Notes under the pieces: generated by a model
What the model was told of the DNA's origin: nothing
Databases searched by the model: none
The model's input: the letters and a program-made list of their open reading frames with translations, nothing else
Program-made: the position numbers and the translations under genes
Shown: positions 31,564-41,057 of the stretch, in pieces
How the letters are laid out: each line of letters starts with the position of its first letter
How positions within the stretch are numbered: the stretch's first letter is position 1
Assembly (NCBI GenBank): GCA_047602475.1
Contig: JASGHE010000006.1
Location: 632,051-696,050 of the forward strand
Direction: 5' to 3'
Source of the DNA: Gemmatales bacterium
GTDB taxonomy: Bacteria > Planctomycetota > Planctomycetia > Gemmatales > HRBIN36
Length of the DNA stretch: 64,000 nucleotides

Positions 31564-31702
31564 TTAACTATGTGGCCCGTACTCGTGAAGCACCACCATG
31601 CCTTATGCGTTACAACGCACCGCCGACAGCCACGAGCCACACAAACCACATCGCCAGCTTTTCTATGAACCGGAATTCATCGAAAGGTTTCTGTTCTAAC
31701 AT
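31564..31702 (-). CDS. Membrane peptide paralogous to 31264-31410, interrupted near 31610
   Basis: MLEQKPFDEFRFIEKLAMWFVWLVAVGGAL*, then GMVVLHEYGPHS* in a shifted frame. Sigma54-type motif at 31734-31749. Confidence 0.5.
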
Positions 31703-31829
31703 GGTTTGGCCCATCTTCTAACAAAGAATGAATTGCATTCGTTGTGCCTAAAGCTTGCGAAAACAGGTGCATGCATCGAAAACCGTGTTCATGAAGGTAG
31801 GACAGGTGGGCAGGAATAGAATTTAGACA

Positions 31830-32275
31830 GGTCGGGTTAAACGCTCGACCACGGACCGAGACCCAACACGCTCGGTCAACAAAGGGGCCTGACAGTGACC
31901 ATCGCGACAATGGTGGGTACTGCCAGGCCTGATTGCTTTATGGGCTGCATGGGAAGTCGAATATGGAAGAACCCGCCCGAAAAGCCGTGAACCAAATGCC
32001 GGGTCTGGTTGCTCTGGAGTTCGGAAGGACATGGATGCCAGCTTTATCACGTCCGGTTCAGGCCAATCATTTTCACTTACCAGACAGCTTGGAGCGGCGC
32101 TAGGATTAAGTAAGGCCGGTGATTCACTCTTTATGGGTCGTCAACGACCAAGACTAAACATCGGCTCAGAGGGCTTGGCAGTTAGTCGTGGAATCTGTTA
32201 AGCCTGAAGGTTCTTTCGGTCTTCGTTTCCGCGATCGAAAGAGAGCAAGCCACCTAGCTCCTAGGTGGCTTGTTT
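31830..32275 (+). ncRNA. Putative large structured ncRNA, copy A
   Basis: TAGAAT -10 box at 31817-31822, a run of successive stems with G-U wobbles, 3' terminator hairpin at 32246-32272; second copy at 18422-18609. Confidence 0.6.
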
Positions 32276-32400
32276 CAATCCAGAAATATTACATTTGACT
32301 GTGCCATTAAGGCCGTTTGTGATCTCCACCCACCCACATAACCCACCCGCCTTGGCATCATATCTGCGTAGTTACTTCTTGAACTACAAGGAGGCTCATC

Positions 32401-32688
32401 ATGCAAACGCTAACCAGCCGGGTGCTGAATGAATATGAACTCAACCGAGCACATTGGGCTATTCTGTCTACAGCAGGATATTACCTCCCGGTCTCGCCTT
32501 CGCTATTAATTGCGCAAATCCAGTCACATCCAGACGAGGACTTCTCGCACGAGGAGATAGGCAAGGCTCTACACGACTGCATTAATGCCGGGCTTCTTGT
32601 TTATGCTCAAGATGGGGTTGTATTGTCAGATCGTGGCAATCATCTGAAAGACCAGATCAACAGCGAGCTGATGGAAACAGTCGAGTAA
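32401..32688 (+). CDS. Small winged-helix-like hypothetical protein
   Basis: AGGAGG RBS, sigma54-type motif at 32353-32368, ...AGLLVY...VVLSDRG pattern. Confidence 0.65.
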   Translation: MQTLTSRVLNEYELNRAHWAILSTAGYYLPVSPSLLIAQIQSHPDEDFSHEEIGKALHDCINAGLLVYAQDGVVLSDRGNHLKDQINSELMETVE

Positions 32689-32758
32689 TCTAAGCAAAAG
32701 GCTCTCGACAAGGTGCTGAAGCTTTGTCTGTGCGAGTTGGTAAACTGAGGCTCGAACC

Positions 32759-33022
32759 ATGAATCGGATCATCAAAAAATTATGCAACCGACAAGACCTT
32801 CTCAGAATCAACCCTTGCATCGGCAAAACGGTTAAGCTTGACGGATCAGCCGCTCGGATACTCGGTGGGCAGGAGGTCATTCCTTCGCCGGTGCCCTGGG
32901 AGTGCTCGTGTGTGGTATCGGTCGAGCTTCTTGAACGTCTTCCGGACGAGTGGGTGGAACCTAGTGAAGAGTGCGGGGAATTGGTCAAGCGAATCTTCGG
33001 CACCGTAATATTGAATCGCTAA
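32759..33022 (+). CDS. Hypothetical protein
   Basis: GAGG RBS, 87-aa ORF. Confidence 0.45.
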   Translation: MNRIIKKLCNRQDLLRINPCIGKTVKLDGSAARILGGQEVIPSPVPWECSCVVSVELLERLPDEWVEPSEECGELVKRIFGTVILNR

Positions 33023-33071
33023 ACCGCTGTTCAGGTTGCCGAGCCAGCCTCATGTTTCGTTGCCTACTGTC

Positions 33072-33275
33072 CTAAATGAGGTGGAAGTTAACGGGATTCT
33101 TGGCATCCCAAATCAAAGCATAAGGCCATGCCGGCCACATAACAAATGAGGCCAGCAGGTAGCCCAGAGATTTCTCGATTGGACGTGGGCTGAAACAGAG
33201 CATAGTAAACGTGATTGCGGCACTGATTATCCCGCAGATGATGTAGGTGTACAGGAAAATGGTGGCGATTTGCAT
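33072..33275 (-). CDS. Small membrane protein
   Basis: AGGAG RBS, two hydrophobic segments, sigma54-type motif at 33307-33322. Confidence 0.6.
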   Translation of the reverse strand: MQIATIFLYTYIICGIISAAITFTMLCFSPRPIEKSLGYLLASFVMWPAWPYALIWDAKNPVNFHLI

Positions 33276-33391
33276 GGCAGAAACTCCTAGAACTAGGGGA
33301 TGTAGTTGCAGGTGTCATGCCATGACATAGTGTTTAAGTGCGTCTGCGATCCCGTCCTCTCACCATCTCGGCTAATGGACCTGGAGGCGCT

Positions 33392-33667
33392 ATGGAACCT
33401 AAACGCTTTGAACTCGAATGTCAGGTTTGTGGCACAACGATGATGTCGTCTAACCCCAAAGAGCAATGCCAGGTATGTGGTGGGGAAATGATCGTTGCAC
33501 CGTTTTTTAGTGTTCAACAAACGATGACATTTGGCCCGAAAGACAATACGGCCCGACACACTTGGATCGCCTTGCTGGCCCTGTTGCTTATCGGGATGGT
33601 TGCCACTGGAGTAATTGTGCTTACTAAAGAACAAAAGACACCGCAAGGAACAAAGAAAGCAAAGTGA
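33392..33667 (+). CDS. Zinc-ribbon protein with C-terminal TM helix
   Basis: GGAGG RBS; CQVC...CQVCGG followed by WIALLALLLIGMVATGVIVL. Confidence 0.6.
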   Translation: MEPKRFELECQVCGTTMMSSNPKEQCQVCGGEMIVAPFFSVQQTMTFGPKDNTARHTWIALLALLLIGMVATGVIVLTKEQKTPQGTKKAK

Positions 33668-33891
33668 GTAACACTAATGTCCAACGAATCCTGCCCAGTT
33701 TGCGGTAATAAGCCAGGCGATCCCGAAGGCAAGCCTGTACCCTGTCGTCGTTGCGAGATGATGGAGTCCTGGGCCATTCCTCGCCGTTCAAGAACGGCAT
33801 AGAGAAAGATCTGAGGCAAGGGGGCGAGAATGGTGTAGTTGGGGAAACAACTTAGTTTGGTTGCGGTGGTCTACACAGTCTCGTCCAAACA

Positions 33892-34806
33892 CTATCCAGG
33901 AGCAAATGGCATCATGGGCTTCGGCATCTCGTTGAGGATGTCCTTGACTACTGTTTGATACTCATGGGAATAAGGAATAAACTTGCTGATCCGCCAGAAA
34001 TTAAGAATCTGCCTGGTGAACGGTCGAGTATGCGCAGTGCAAAGCACGTCACTGACCAATTTGAGGTCAGCTGCAGCCCATGCTTGAGGGTGATAGAGAA
34101 CTGCAGACGTAGGAAAAGAGTCTGACTCATCAATCACTTTCAACTTCTTTGCTCTGCCTGGTTTGCGCTCTTGATACACTTTCCAGGACTCTGAATCGAC
34201 AAGTATCCCAGACGCTTTCTTGTCCACTACCGTTTCAATACCCTCATCCGTGTCATTCGTGAGGAGTATGCGGCTAAAGTAGTTCTTTGGTTCTACTCCC
34301 TGTTCAAGTATCTCTTGTTGCAAATACAGTAACGGGAAATGTTGTAATCGCTTGGGCAAGACGATGCTCTGCCCTTTGAGGTGCGAAAAGGATTCCGCTT
34401 TGCTCTCAGTAGGCACTACGATGCATGCCTTAAGTCTAATATCAGAGGTAAACGCAGTCACTAAAGGTACGAGTTCTGGGAAGCTTGAACTAATCCATGC
34501 ATACTCAATGCCCGTCATGATCGCCAAGTGAATGTCATGTTTTTGTAACCGCCCTCCTAAGACCATTGGCCCACCGAATTGAAATGTAGGCTTGGGCTTG
34601 CCTGGAATTGCGAAGACATCTGCCATTGCTTGAACCACAATGTTTGCAACCTCTGTTTTCATTTGTCCATGCATTACAAAATCTGCTATGCCTATTTCAA
34701 ATAAGGGGGCCTTTCCTTGTGCTGATCCGAGCAAGTTAAGAAAGGGAGTAGCTGCCAGGAAGCTCATGAAGGTTCGTCGAGTCAACAAGCTCATCTCCTT
34801 CGTCAT
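33892..34806 (-). CDS. PhnD/SsuA-family periplasmic substrate-binding protein (Tat)
   Basis: TRRTFM Tat motif, LKGQSI, helix-strand pattern of type II SBPs. Confidence 0.7.
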   Translation of the reverse strand: MTKEMSLLTRRTFMSFLAATPFLNLLGSAQGKAPLFEIGIADFVMHGQMKTEVANIVVQAMADVFAIPGKPKPTFQFGGPMVLGGRLQKHDIHLAIMTGIEYAWISSSFPELVPLVTAFTSDIRLKACIVVPTESKAESFSHLKGQSIVLPKRLQHFPLLYLQQEILEQGVEPKNYFSRILLTNDTDEGIETVVDKKASGILVDSESWKVYQERKPGRAKKLKVIDESDSFPTSAVLYHPQAWAAADLKLVSDVLCTAHTRPFTRQILNFWRISKFIPYSHEYQTVVKDILNEMPKPMMPFAPG

Positions 34807-35286
34807 GCCAGAATACTCGTGTGGCTGAATTAGAAATCAGCTATTCTTATGCCAAAGAGAGTTCAGACTTAGCGCGTGTCAATAAACGAAGCAAGCCACC
34901 GGAACTATTGGGTGGCTTGCTCGTTTTCACCCCTAGTTAGGAGCCAGGAGCTACTGATTCATTTTGGGCGAAGACCAAGTGACAGACTTGGGTTATTCTC
35001 CCCCCGCAACTGCTTGGCGATGACGTACACGGACGTAATTGATGCGATGGTCACAGAGCGGTTAAGCACCATATTTGAGAAGCATCTTGCCTGTAATAGC
35101 AATGTGAACAATATCGAGTTGAAGACCCAGCTTTTACATCTGGTCGATGAAGTGGCGCGAATCGAGTTCATGCAAAGAATCGCATGAGAACCAGAATCCA
35201 TCGGGAAATCTTGAGATCAACCTTTACAGGTACAGCAGTTGCTAGGTAGTCAAAGGGTACGGTTGACTTTGAAGCAAGGATAAGTC

Positions 35287-35646
35287 GTGCGAAAACCTTT
35301 AGATGCTTATGTGGAATTACCTGGAGAAAGTCTGGCATCGCAAGCCATGAAGGCTTTGGCAGGCGAACTGATCAGGCTTCATAACTACTTATCTGAAAAC
35401 GCAGCAAAAACTTGTTCTCTCCATACACTTCAGTTGCTCAGTGATGCTGCGGATGCTGCATACCTCGATAGGAAGACTTCCGTTGCAGGACTGTTGTCAG
35501 AACTCACTCGACCAGGTTTTCAAATGGCTTATGATGCTGCGATCAAGCTGAACCTTAACCTTGTAATTGAAGCCATCAAGGTAGCGGGTGGAAGTGAACT
35601 GCATGACATAACGGTAGGAGTAGCCGGTGGTGAGTTTTCTGGGTAA
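35287..35646 (+). CDS. Hypothetical protein
   Basis: AAGGA RBS, sigma54-type motif at 35228-35243. Confidence 0.5.
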   Translation: MRKPLDAYVELPGESLASQAMKALAGELIRLHNYLSENAAKTCSLHTLQLLSDAADAAYLDRKTSVAGLLSELTRPGFQMAYDAAIKLNLNLVIEAIKVAGGSELHDITVGVAGGEFSG

Positions 35647-35698
35647 GTACATCGCTCATTCATAACTTCCCTACCTCTTTAAATCTGGAGAGCCAATC

Positions 35699-35932
35699 AT
35701 GCCTAAATGCTACACTTGCGGGAACGACTACGACAAGTCATTCATGATCATCAAAGAAGACAAGGAATACATCTTTGATTCCTTCGAATGTGCGATCCAT
35801 GCTCTCTCCCCGCCCTGCAAGCATTGTGGTTGCCGGGTGATTGGTCATGGTGTTGAGAAAGATAATTCCATCTACTGCTGTGCAAATTGCGCAACAATGG
35901 CTGGCGATGATGGTTTGAAAGATCGAGCATGA
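35699..35932 (+). CDS. Cys-rich metallothionein-like protein
   Basis: CYTCGNDYDKSF...FDSFECAIH...CKHCGCRVIGHGVE...YCCANC. Confidence 0.8.
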   Translation: MPKCYTCGNDYDKSFMIIKEDKEYIFDSFECAIHALSPPCKHCGCRVIGHGVEKDNSIYCCANCATMAGDDGLKDRA

Positions 35933-36329
35933 TCTACGAATCGTTATGGGGAAAGTTACCCTATGGTCTACATAGACGAAACCGACTGGCTGGACATCAT
36001 CACCAACAAGGCCACTGATCTCGTCGCCGCAGAGCACATTATCGCTCTGGCAAAACTTCGGACCCTGGTCGTCACGGGGGTCAATGGTTGGGAGTATCTG
36101 CCTGAATTGGATGATGATAGCGTGTGGCGAAAGGTACCCTACGTCCGGAATATCTAAGAGTTGTATCTCAGCTACGCACATATCGGGAATGGATTTGATT
36201 AGCGGCTTCCGAAAAGAAAAATTGATCAGTCTTGAAATTGGCAGCACCTCGAATGAGAGAGTTTGGCACACCATGTGAAGGCTAACGAAGAGTGGAACTG
36301 TTTTCTTACTCTTCTAGGAGTTGAATACC

Positions 36330-36860
36330 ATGGCACAAAGCAAACCCAAAATGATCACGAGCGTCTTTCGGGATCGATACGACGCTATCGAAACTTATGA
36401 TTGGCTGCGAGTTCTGGGGTACACACCCGATCAGATCAGTGTGTTGATGTCAGATCAGACCAGAAGCTACTACGCCAATGAAGTGAAAGAAGGAAAAATC
36501 GAACGTGGCTCGAAGCTGGCGGAAGGAGCCGCGACGGGTGGTGCCCTGGGTACAGCTATTGGAGCCGGCTTGGCAGCGTTTGCTGCCATCGGCACGAGTT
36601 TAGTTTTGCCTGGTCTGGGCTTAGTCATTGCCGGACCTATTGCGGCGGCTTTTGCTGGTGGCGGTGCCGGCGCTGTGGCAGGCGGGCTCATTGGCGGCCT
36701 GGTAGGGTATGGCATTCCTGAGTCGAACGCCAAAGCCTATGAAGAAGCTCTTCGTGAGGGTGGAGTTGCAGTGGGCGTGGTACCACGCAACAGTGAAGAA
36801 GCTTCTCTCATCAGGAAAGAATTTGAAAAACGCCGTGGTGACAACATCATCACAGCTTAA
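36330..36860 (+). CDS. General stress protein with glycine-zipper
   Basis: GAATGGALG...GPIAAA...GLIGGLVGYGIPE...YEE. Confidence 0.85.
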   Translation: MAQSKPKMITSVFRDRYDAIETYDWLRVLGYTPDQISVLMSDQTRSYYANEVKEGKIERGSKLAEGAATGGALGTAIGAGLAAFAAIGTSLVLPGLGLVIAGPIAAAFAGGGAGAVAGGLIGGLVGYGIPESNAKAYEEALREGGVAVGVVPRNSEEASLIRKEFEKRRGDNIITA

Positions 36861-36934
36861 GTACTGTGCATCTCCAGGTTTGACACTGGCGTCAAACCTT
36901 TTTTTCCTTTTCCAACTACTTCGGAGTCTTCACA

Positions 36935-37702
36935 ATGAAGCTTTCTCTTATTCACGTTGTCCAATCATACGTTCTGGTCTGTTGTCTCCTGAACGGCACT
37001 TGGCTTTTTGCTCAGGAAGACAAGTCCAAGCATCCTGACTACCGCCCTGGAGAGGGGGATAGCATTTCTTCCGCCGGCATTATCACTCCTCAAGAAAATG
37101 ATCGTCGTATTGTCAAATGGTTAATGATTGATGTTCGAGGCGTGCTCGAATGCAGTAAGGATGCCCAAGCTCAAACGAAGAACGAGAACGTCAAGCAGTT
37201 TGCTCAGACGATGGTGACTGAGCATCATTCATGCCTCGATCAGATGGAGAATTACCGCAAAGAACGAGGTAAAACGACGAATGATCCCGGGCAAACCGGC
37301 AATCCGCCTGTAGCTCGAGCAGAGAATGTTCAAGTAGATCCCAAGAAGTCGGGAATTCTTGTGAAGGATGAGGCAGGTCGCCAACGAGATGGCAAGATGA
37401 TGTATCACGCCACCGACTTCGTTCAAGTTAAGGAGGACATCTGTAATCAGATGAAAGCCAAGATGTCCAAGGAAATGAAAGCGTTGCCTGCTTCGGAGTT
37501 CGATCGTGCTTACATGATGCACATGGTTGCCAGTCATGAAATGCTGCTGGCCTCCTGCAAATCGGTTCGTAAGACCGCATCCAAGGATTTGCAAGCGATG
37601 TTGGATCAGAACATTGATAAGCTCACTGCACATTTGAAGCAGGCTCAGACGCTTTGCGATCAGGTTTGTGGCAAAACGACTACAGGAAAACTCAGCAAGT
37701 AA
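36935..37702 (+). CDS. DUF4142 secreted protein
   Basis: VKQFAQTMVTEH, FDRAYMMHMVASH, LTAHLKQA. Confidence 0.8.
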   Translation: MKLSLIHVVQSYVLVCCLLNGTWLFAQEDKSKHPDYRPGEGDSISSAGIITPQENDRRIVKWLMIDVRGVLECSKDAQAQTKNENVKQFAQTMVTEHHSCLDQMENYRKERGKTTNDPGQTGNPPVARAENVQVDPKKSGILVKDEAGRQRDGKMMYHATDFVQVKEDICNQMKAKMSKEMKALPASEFDRAYMMHMVASHEMLLASCKSVRKTASKDLQAMLDQNIDKLTAHLKQAQTLCDQVCGKTTTGKLSK

Positions 37703-37850
37703 GTGAGTTAATCCTTGAAGAGGGCGTTGGGAATAAAACCCAAGCCCTCTTTCTTTACTTGGCCTGCACATTACCTCACTATGGCATTGAGCTTGCATTA
37801 AGTAGTGATGTATTGATGTGACCAAATCGAATTCAAATAAGGAGAATCTC

Positions 37851-38468
37851 ATGCGATTCTTAGTGCTGATAGCTTTGTCGATCGGACTGCTTGCCCCAGA
37901 TACTGCCTTTGCCCAACGAGGCGGTCGCGGAGGACATTACTCTGGCGGCGGCTGGTACGGCGGAGGCGGCTACGGGAATAACTGGTATGGAAATGGTTGG
38001 AATAGTGGCCGTTGGTATGGAAACTGGAACCGGGGCTATTACCCCTACTCAACTTTTGGATGGGGTGGCTATATCACGCCGGGGTACACTTATTACAATC
38101 CTGACTACTCAGGCTACATCTACAGCGATAGTTCTCCTCGCATTTCGAGCTACTACGATCCTCTCGTCAACAGTGCTATAGACAACTCTGTAGTATCTCC
38201 TAACAGAGCACGGCTTGACATACGTCTGACAAATCCTGATGCCATCGTGCTCATAGAAGGACAAAAGATGAGCCTGACCGGCGCTCAGCGAGTGTTCGTC
38301 TCACCCGACCTCGAACCGGGAAAGAGTTATACCTACACGATTACTGTGAAAGGAAACAATGAAGACCGAGGCGAAACTCGACAGGTGAATGTGCATGCAG
38401 GGAGCAATGAACGAGTGGATTTCACTCAGCCTCCCGTTCAGAAATTGCCTGACCCGCGATCCAATTAG
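37851..38468 (+). CDS. TIGR03000-domain secreted protein
   Basis: G/Y/W-rich N-terminus; RVFVSPDLEPGKSYTYTI. Promoter motif at 37782-37797. Confidence 0.85.
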   Translation: MRFLVLIALSIGLLAPDTAFAQRGGRGGHYSGGGWYGGGGYGNNWYGNGWNSGRWYGNWNRGYYPYSTFGWGGYITPGYTYYNPDYSGYIYSDSSPRISSYYDPLVNSAIDNSVVSPNRARLDIRLTNPDAIVLIEGQKMSLTGAQRVFVSPDLEPGKSYTYTITVKGNNEDRGETRQVNVHAGSNERVDFTQPPVQKLPDPRSN

Positions 38469-38623
38469 TGAGCTGGACTGAACGCCAATCGAAGCAACTG
38501 TTTGAGGCCGGGGAGTTTCCCCGGTCTCTAGTATTTCTTGTTGAATCAGTAATTGACAGGATCATGGCACATGACATGCATCTTGAACAGCCCATGCAGT
38601 TCCTTTTCTCTCTGGAGAAGCCC

Positions 38624-38884
38624 ATGCGATATTTATGTGTTGCGCTTTTCGCTGCCTGTTTTTTCACACCAGGCACCGCCAACGCTTGTCACCGACGACA
38701 TGGCTGCTGTAGCCAGTCGAGTTGTTCCCAGGTCGTGTCGTACAATTGTGGAGGATGTGGAGGTCAAGTTTATTATCAGACTACTTCCATGAACCGTGAT
38801 GGCAGACCCATGGGAAATGTTCAGTTAGCGCCCATGCCATCGACGGGGAGCACACCGAAGATGCCCGTTCCGCAAAACAAATAG
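38624..38884 (+). CDS. Small secreted Cys-rich protein
   Basis: GGAG RBS, signal peptide, ANA-CHRRHGCC. Promoter motif at 38565-38580. Confidence 0.7.
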   Translation: MRYLCVALFAACFFTPGTANACHRRHGCCSQSSCSQVVSYNCGGCGGQVYYQTTSMNRDGRPMGNVQLAPMPSTGSTPKMPVPQNK

Positions 38885-39127
38885 TCCTCCACTTGCTGCT
38901 GAAATACTCTTAGTCCTGATACTTGTTGTTGTGTCAGGACTTCAAGCTTTAGTGCATCTTGCCTTGAAGCTGAGCCTTTTGATTCCTGACACTGGGCAAG
39001 CAGTTCGCGCACCGGTTGGGCTTCATTACTTAAAGGGCTGAGATGCCTGTAAAGGACTAATCGGGCCTCGGCTGGCACAACGAATGCATGGCATTCTTCA
39101 GGACAAATGTTCTTATGGAGTCGTGTC

Positions 39128-39364
39128 ATGCCCTCGATCAAAGACCATATGGATGTCATCGCGTCATGCGGCAAGAAAATCGGCCGTGTGGATCATGATG
39201 AAGGGGATGCTATCAAACTGACAAAGTCAGACAGCCCTGATGGCCAACACCACTACATCCCAAAGAATTGGGTGGATCATGTAGATAGCCACGTTCATCT
39301 CTCCAGAAACTCAGAAGAGGCGATGAGGGAGTGGAAGCCGGATGCTCGATCGTGTGGGTGTTAG
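39128..39364 (+). CDS. DUF2171 protein
   Basis: IKDHMDVI...GRVDH...IKLTKSD...DGQHHYIP..WV. Confidence 0.88.
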   Translation: MPSIKDHMDVIASCGKKIGRVDHDEGDAIKLTKSDSPDGQHHYIPKNWVDHVDSHVHLSRNSEEAMREWKPDARSCGC

Positions 39365-39478
39365 TCACCATTTATCAACGCCACTCAATCTTTGGGTGGC
39401 GTTGGCTATTACCTCAGACACGATCCATTGTGGCATGATCAATGCTTCCCTTTTGTTCTTTCAAGAGTGAGCGATCCC

Positions 39479-40510
39479 ATGCATCGTCGTTTTTTTCTTC
39501 AATGTAGTTCCGTCGCACTCGTTCCAGGGAACTCGGTCATGGCTATCAATGGCAAACAAACAGATGAATTGCCTCCTCTCTTTGACCAGGTCAATGAAAC
39601 CAAGAAGGGAGACATGCGTTATCGCCGACTGGGAAAGACGGGTGAAGTTGTTTCCTGTGTCGGCATAGGTGGGCATCACATCGGTAAGATCAAGGAGGAA
39701 GCTGAGAGTATTCGTGTGATGCGGGAAGCCATTGATGCCGGTATCAGTTTCATGGACAACTGCTGGGATTATCACGACGGGTTAAGCGAACTAAGAATGG
39801 GAAAAGCACTCCAGGATGGATACAGGAAGAAAGTCTTTCTGATGACCAAGATCGATGGCCGAACGAAAAATGCAGCGACCCGGCAACTTGACGATTCCCT
39901 GCTGCGGCTTCGCACCGAGATGATCGATCTGGTGCAGCATCATGAAATGATTCGGATGGAGGATAGCGATCGCATCTTCCAAAAAGAGGGAGCGCAGGAG
40001 GCCTTGGAAGCAGCCCGCAAGGCCGGCAAGATCCGGTATATCGGATTCACCGGCCACAAAGATCCGGCTGTGCATCTTCGGACGCTGGAGAACGCCGGCA
40101 GGCATAATGTCAGATTTGACACTGTTCAAATGCCGCTCAATTTGATGGACGTGCATTTCCGCAGCTTTACCCGTCAAGTGTTACCACATCTGGTAAAGGA
40201 CAACATCGGTGTGCTCAGCATGAAGCCCCTGGCGAGCGGCGCAATACTCGAATCGAAGACTGTTACCGCTGTCGAATGCCTACAGTTTGCGCTTTCGTTG
40301 CCGACTTCGGTAGTCATCACCGGCATCGATAGTCGGGAACGGCTGAAGCAGGCCCTGTCGGTCGTGAAAGACTTTGCTCCTTCTACACCGGAAGAAATGC
40401 GGAAGCTGATGGATAAGACCGTCAAGTCGGCTGCTTCGGGAGCTTACGAAGGATTCAAAACAGGCGTTGATTTCGACAGCACTGCCAAACATCCGGAATG
40501 GTTGGGATGA
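39479..40510 (+). CDS. Aldo/keto reductase with Tat signal
   Basis: HRRFFL; DNCWDY, MTK, GKIRYIGFTGH. Confidence 0.9.
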   Translation: MHRRFFLQCSSVALVPGNSVMAINGKQTDELPPLFDQVNETKKGDMRYRRLGKTGEVVSCVGIGGHHIGKIKEEAESIRVMREAIDAGISFMDNCWDYHDGLSELRMGKALQDGYRKKVFLMTKIDGRTKNAATRQLDDSLLRLRTEMIDLVQHHEMIRMEDSDRIFQKEGAQEALEAARKAGKIRYIGFTGHKDPAVHLRTLENAGRHNVRFDTVQMPLNLMDVHFRSFTRQVLPHLVKDNIGVLSMKPLASGAILESKTVTAVECLQFALSLPTSVVITGIDSRERLKQALSVVKDFAPSTPEEMRKLMDKTVKSAASGAYEGFKTGVDFDSTAKHPEWLG

Positions 40511-40564
40511 GATTACTCAGCCCTCACCATGTCATTTTCCACTTCCAACCAGGAGATCATTTCG

Positions 40565-41026
40565 ATGTTCACAGTCAGCGCAAATCGGGTTAGCGCGAAC
40601 ACGCCTGAGTTCATCAATGAACGGATCAAGGCTGCCACCGAGGCCAAAATAAGCTGCACGGCAAAGGGAGGCCCGGCGGCCATTGATCGTCGTCTGGTTG
40701 AACTGGATCTAGAATGGGATATTGAACGCTGCTTGGAAACCATGGCTCCGTCCTTAAGCCTGTTTGGCTTAGGTATGGGCATCATCGGTTCGAAAAAATG
40801 GTTGATCGTTCCGCTCGCTGTTCAGGCATTCTTTTTGGAACATGCTTTACAAGGTTGGTGCCCTCCTCTTCCCATGTTGCGCTACCTGGGTGTCCGCACT
40901 GCCGACGAAATTAACGAGGAGAGAAACGCACTCAAGGCATTGCGCGGAGACTACAAGAATGTTCCTCGTAAGGGACGTGATGCTGAGTCCATTCAGAAAG
41001 CGGTCGCAGCTGCTTCTATTTCCTGA
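40565..41026 (+). CDS. DUF2892-like membrane protein
   Basis: EWDIER...HALQGWCPP...GVRT..EI..ER.ALKALRGD. Confidence 0.8.
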   Translation: MFTVSANRVSANTPEFINERIKAATEAKISCTAKGGPAAIDRRLVELDLEWDIERCLETMAPSLSLFGLGMGIIGSKKWLIVPLAVQAFFLEHALQGWCPPLPMLRYLGVRTADEINEERNALKALRGDYKNVPRKGRDAESIQKAVAAASIS

Positions 41027-41057
41027 AAACTGATTTCAACAGACACATCCCAGGAGC

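Noticed and set aside
31677-32050. Minus-strand ORFs 31677-31910 and 31823-32050
   Set aside because: No recognisable motifs or clear RBS; they overlap the putative structured RNA.
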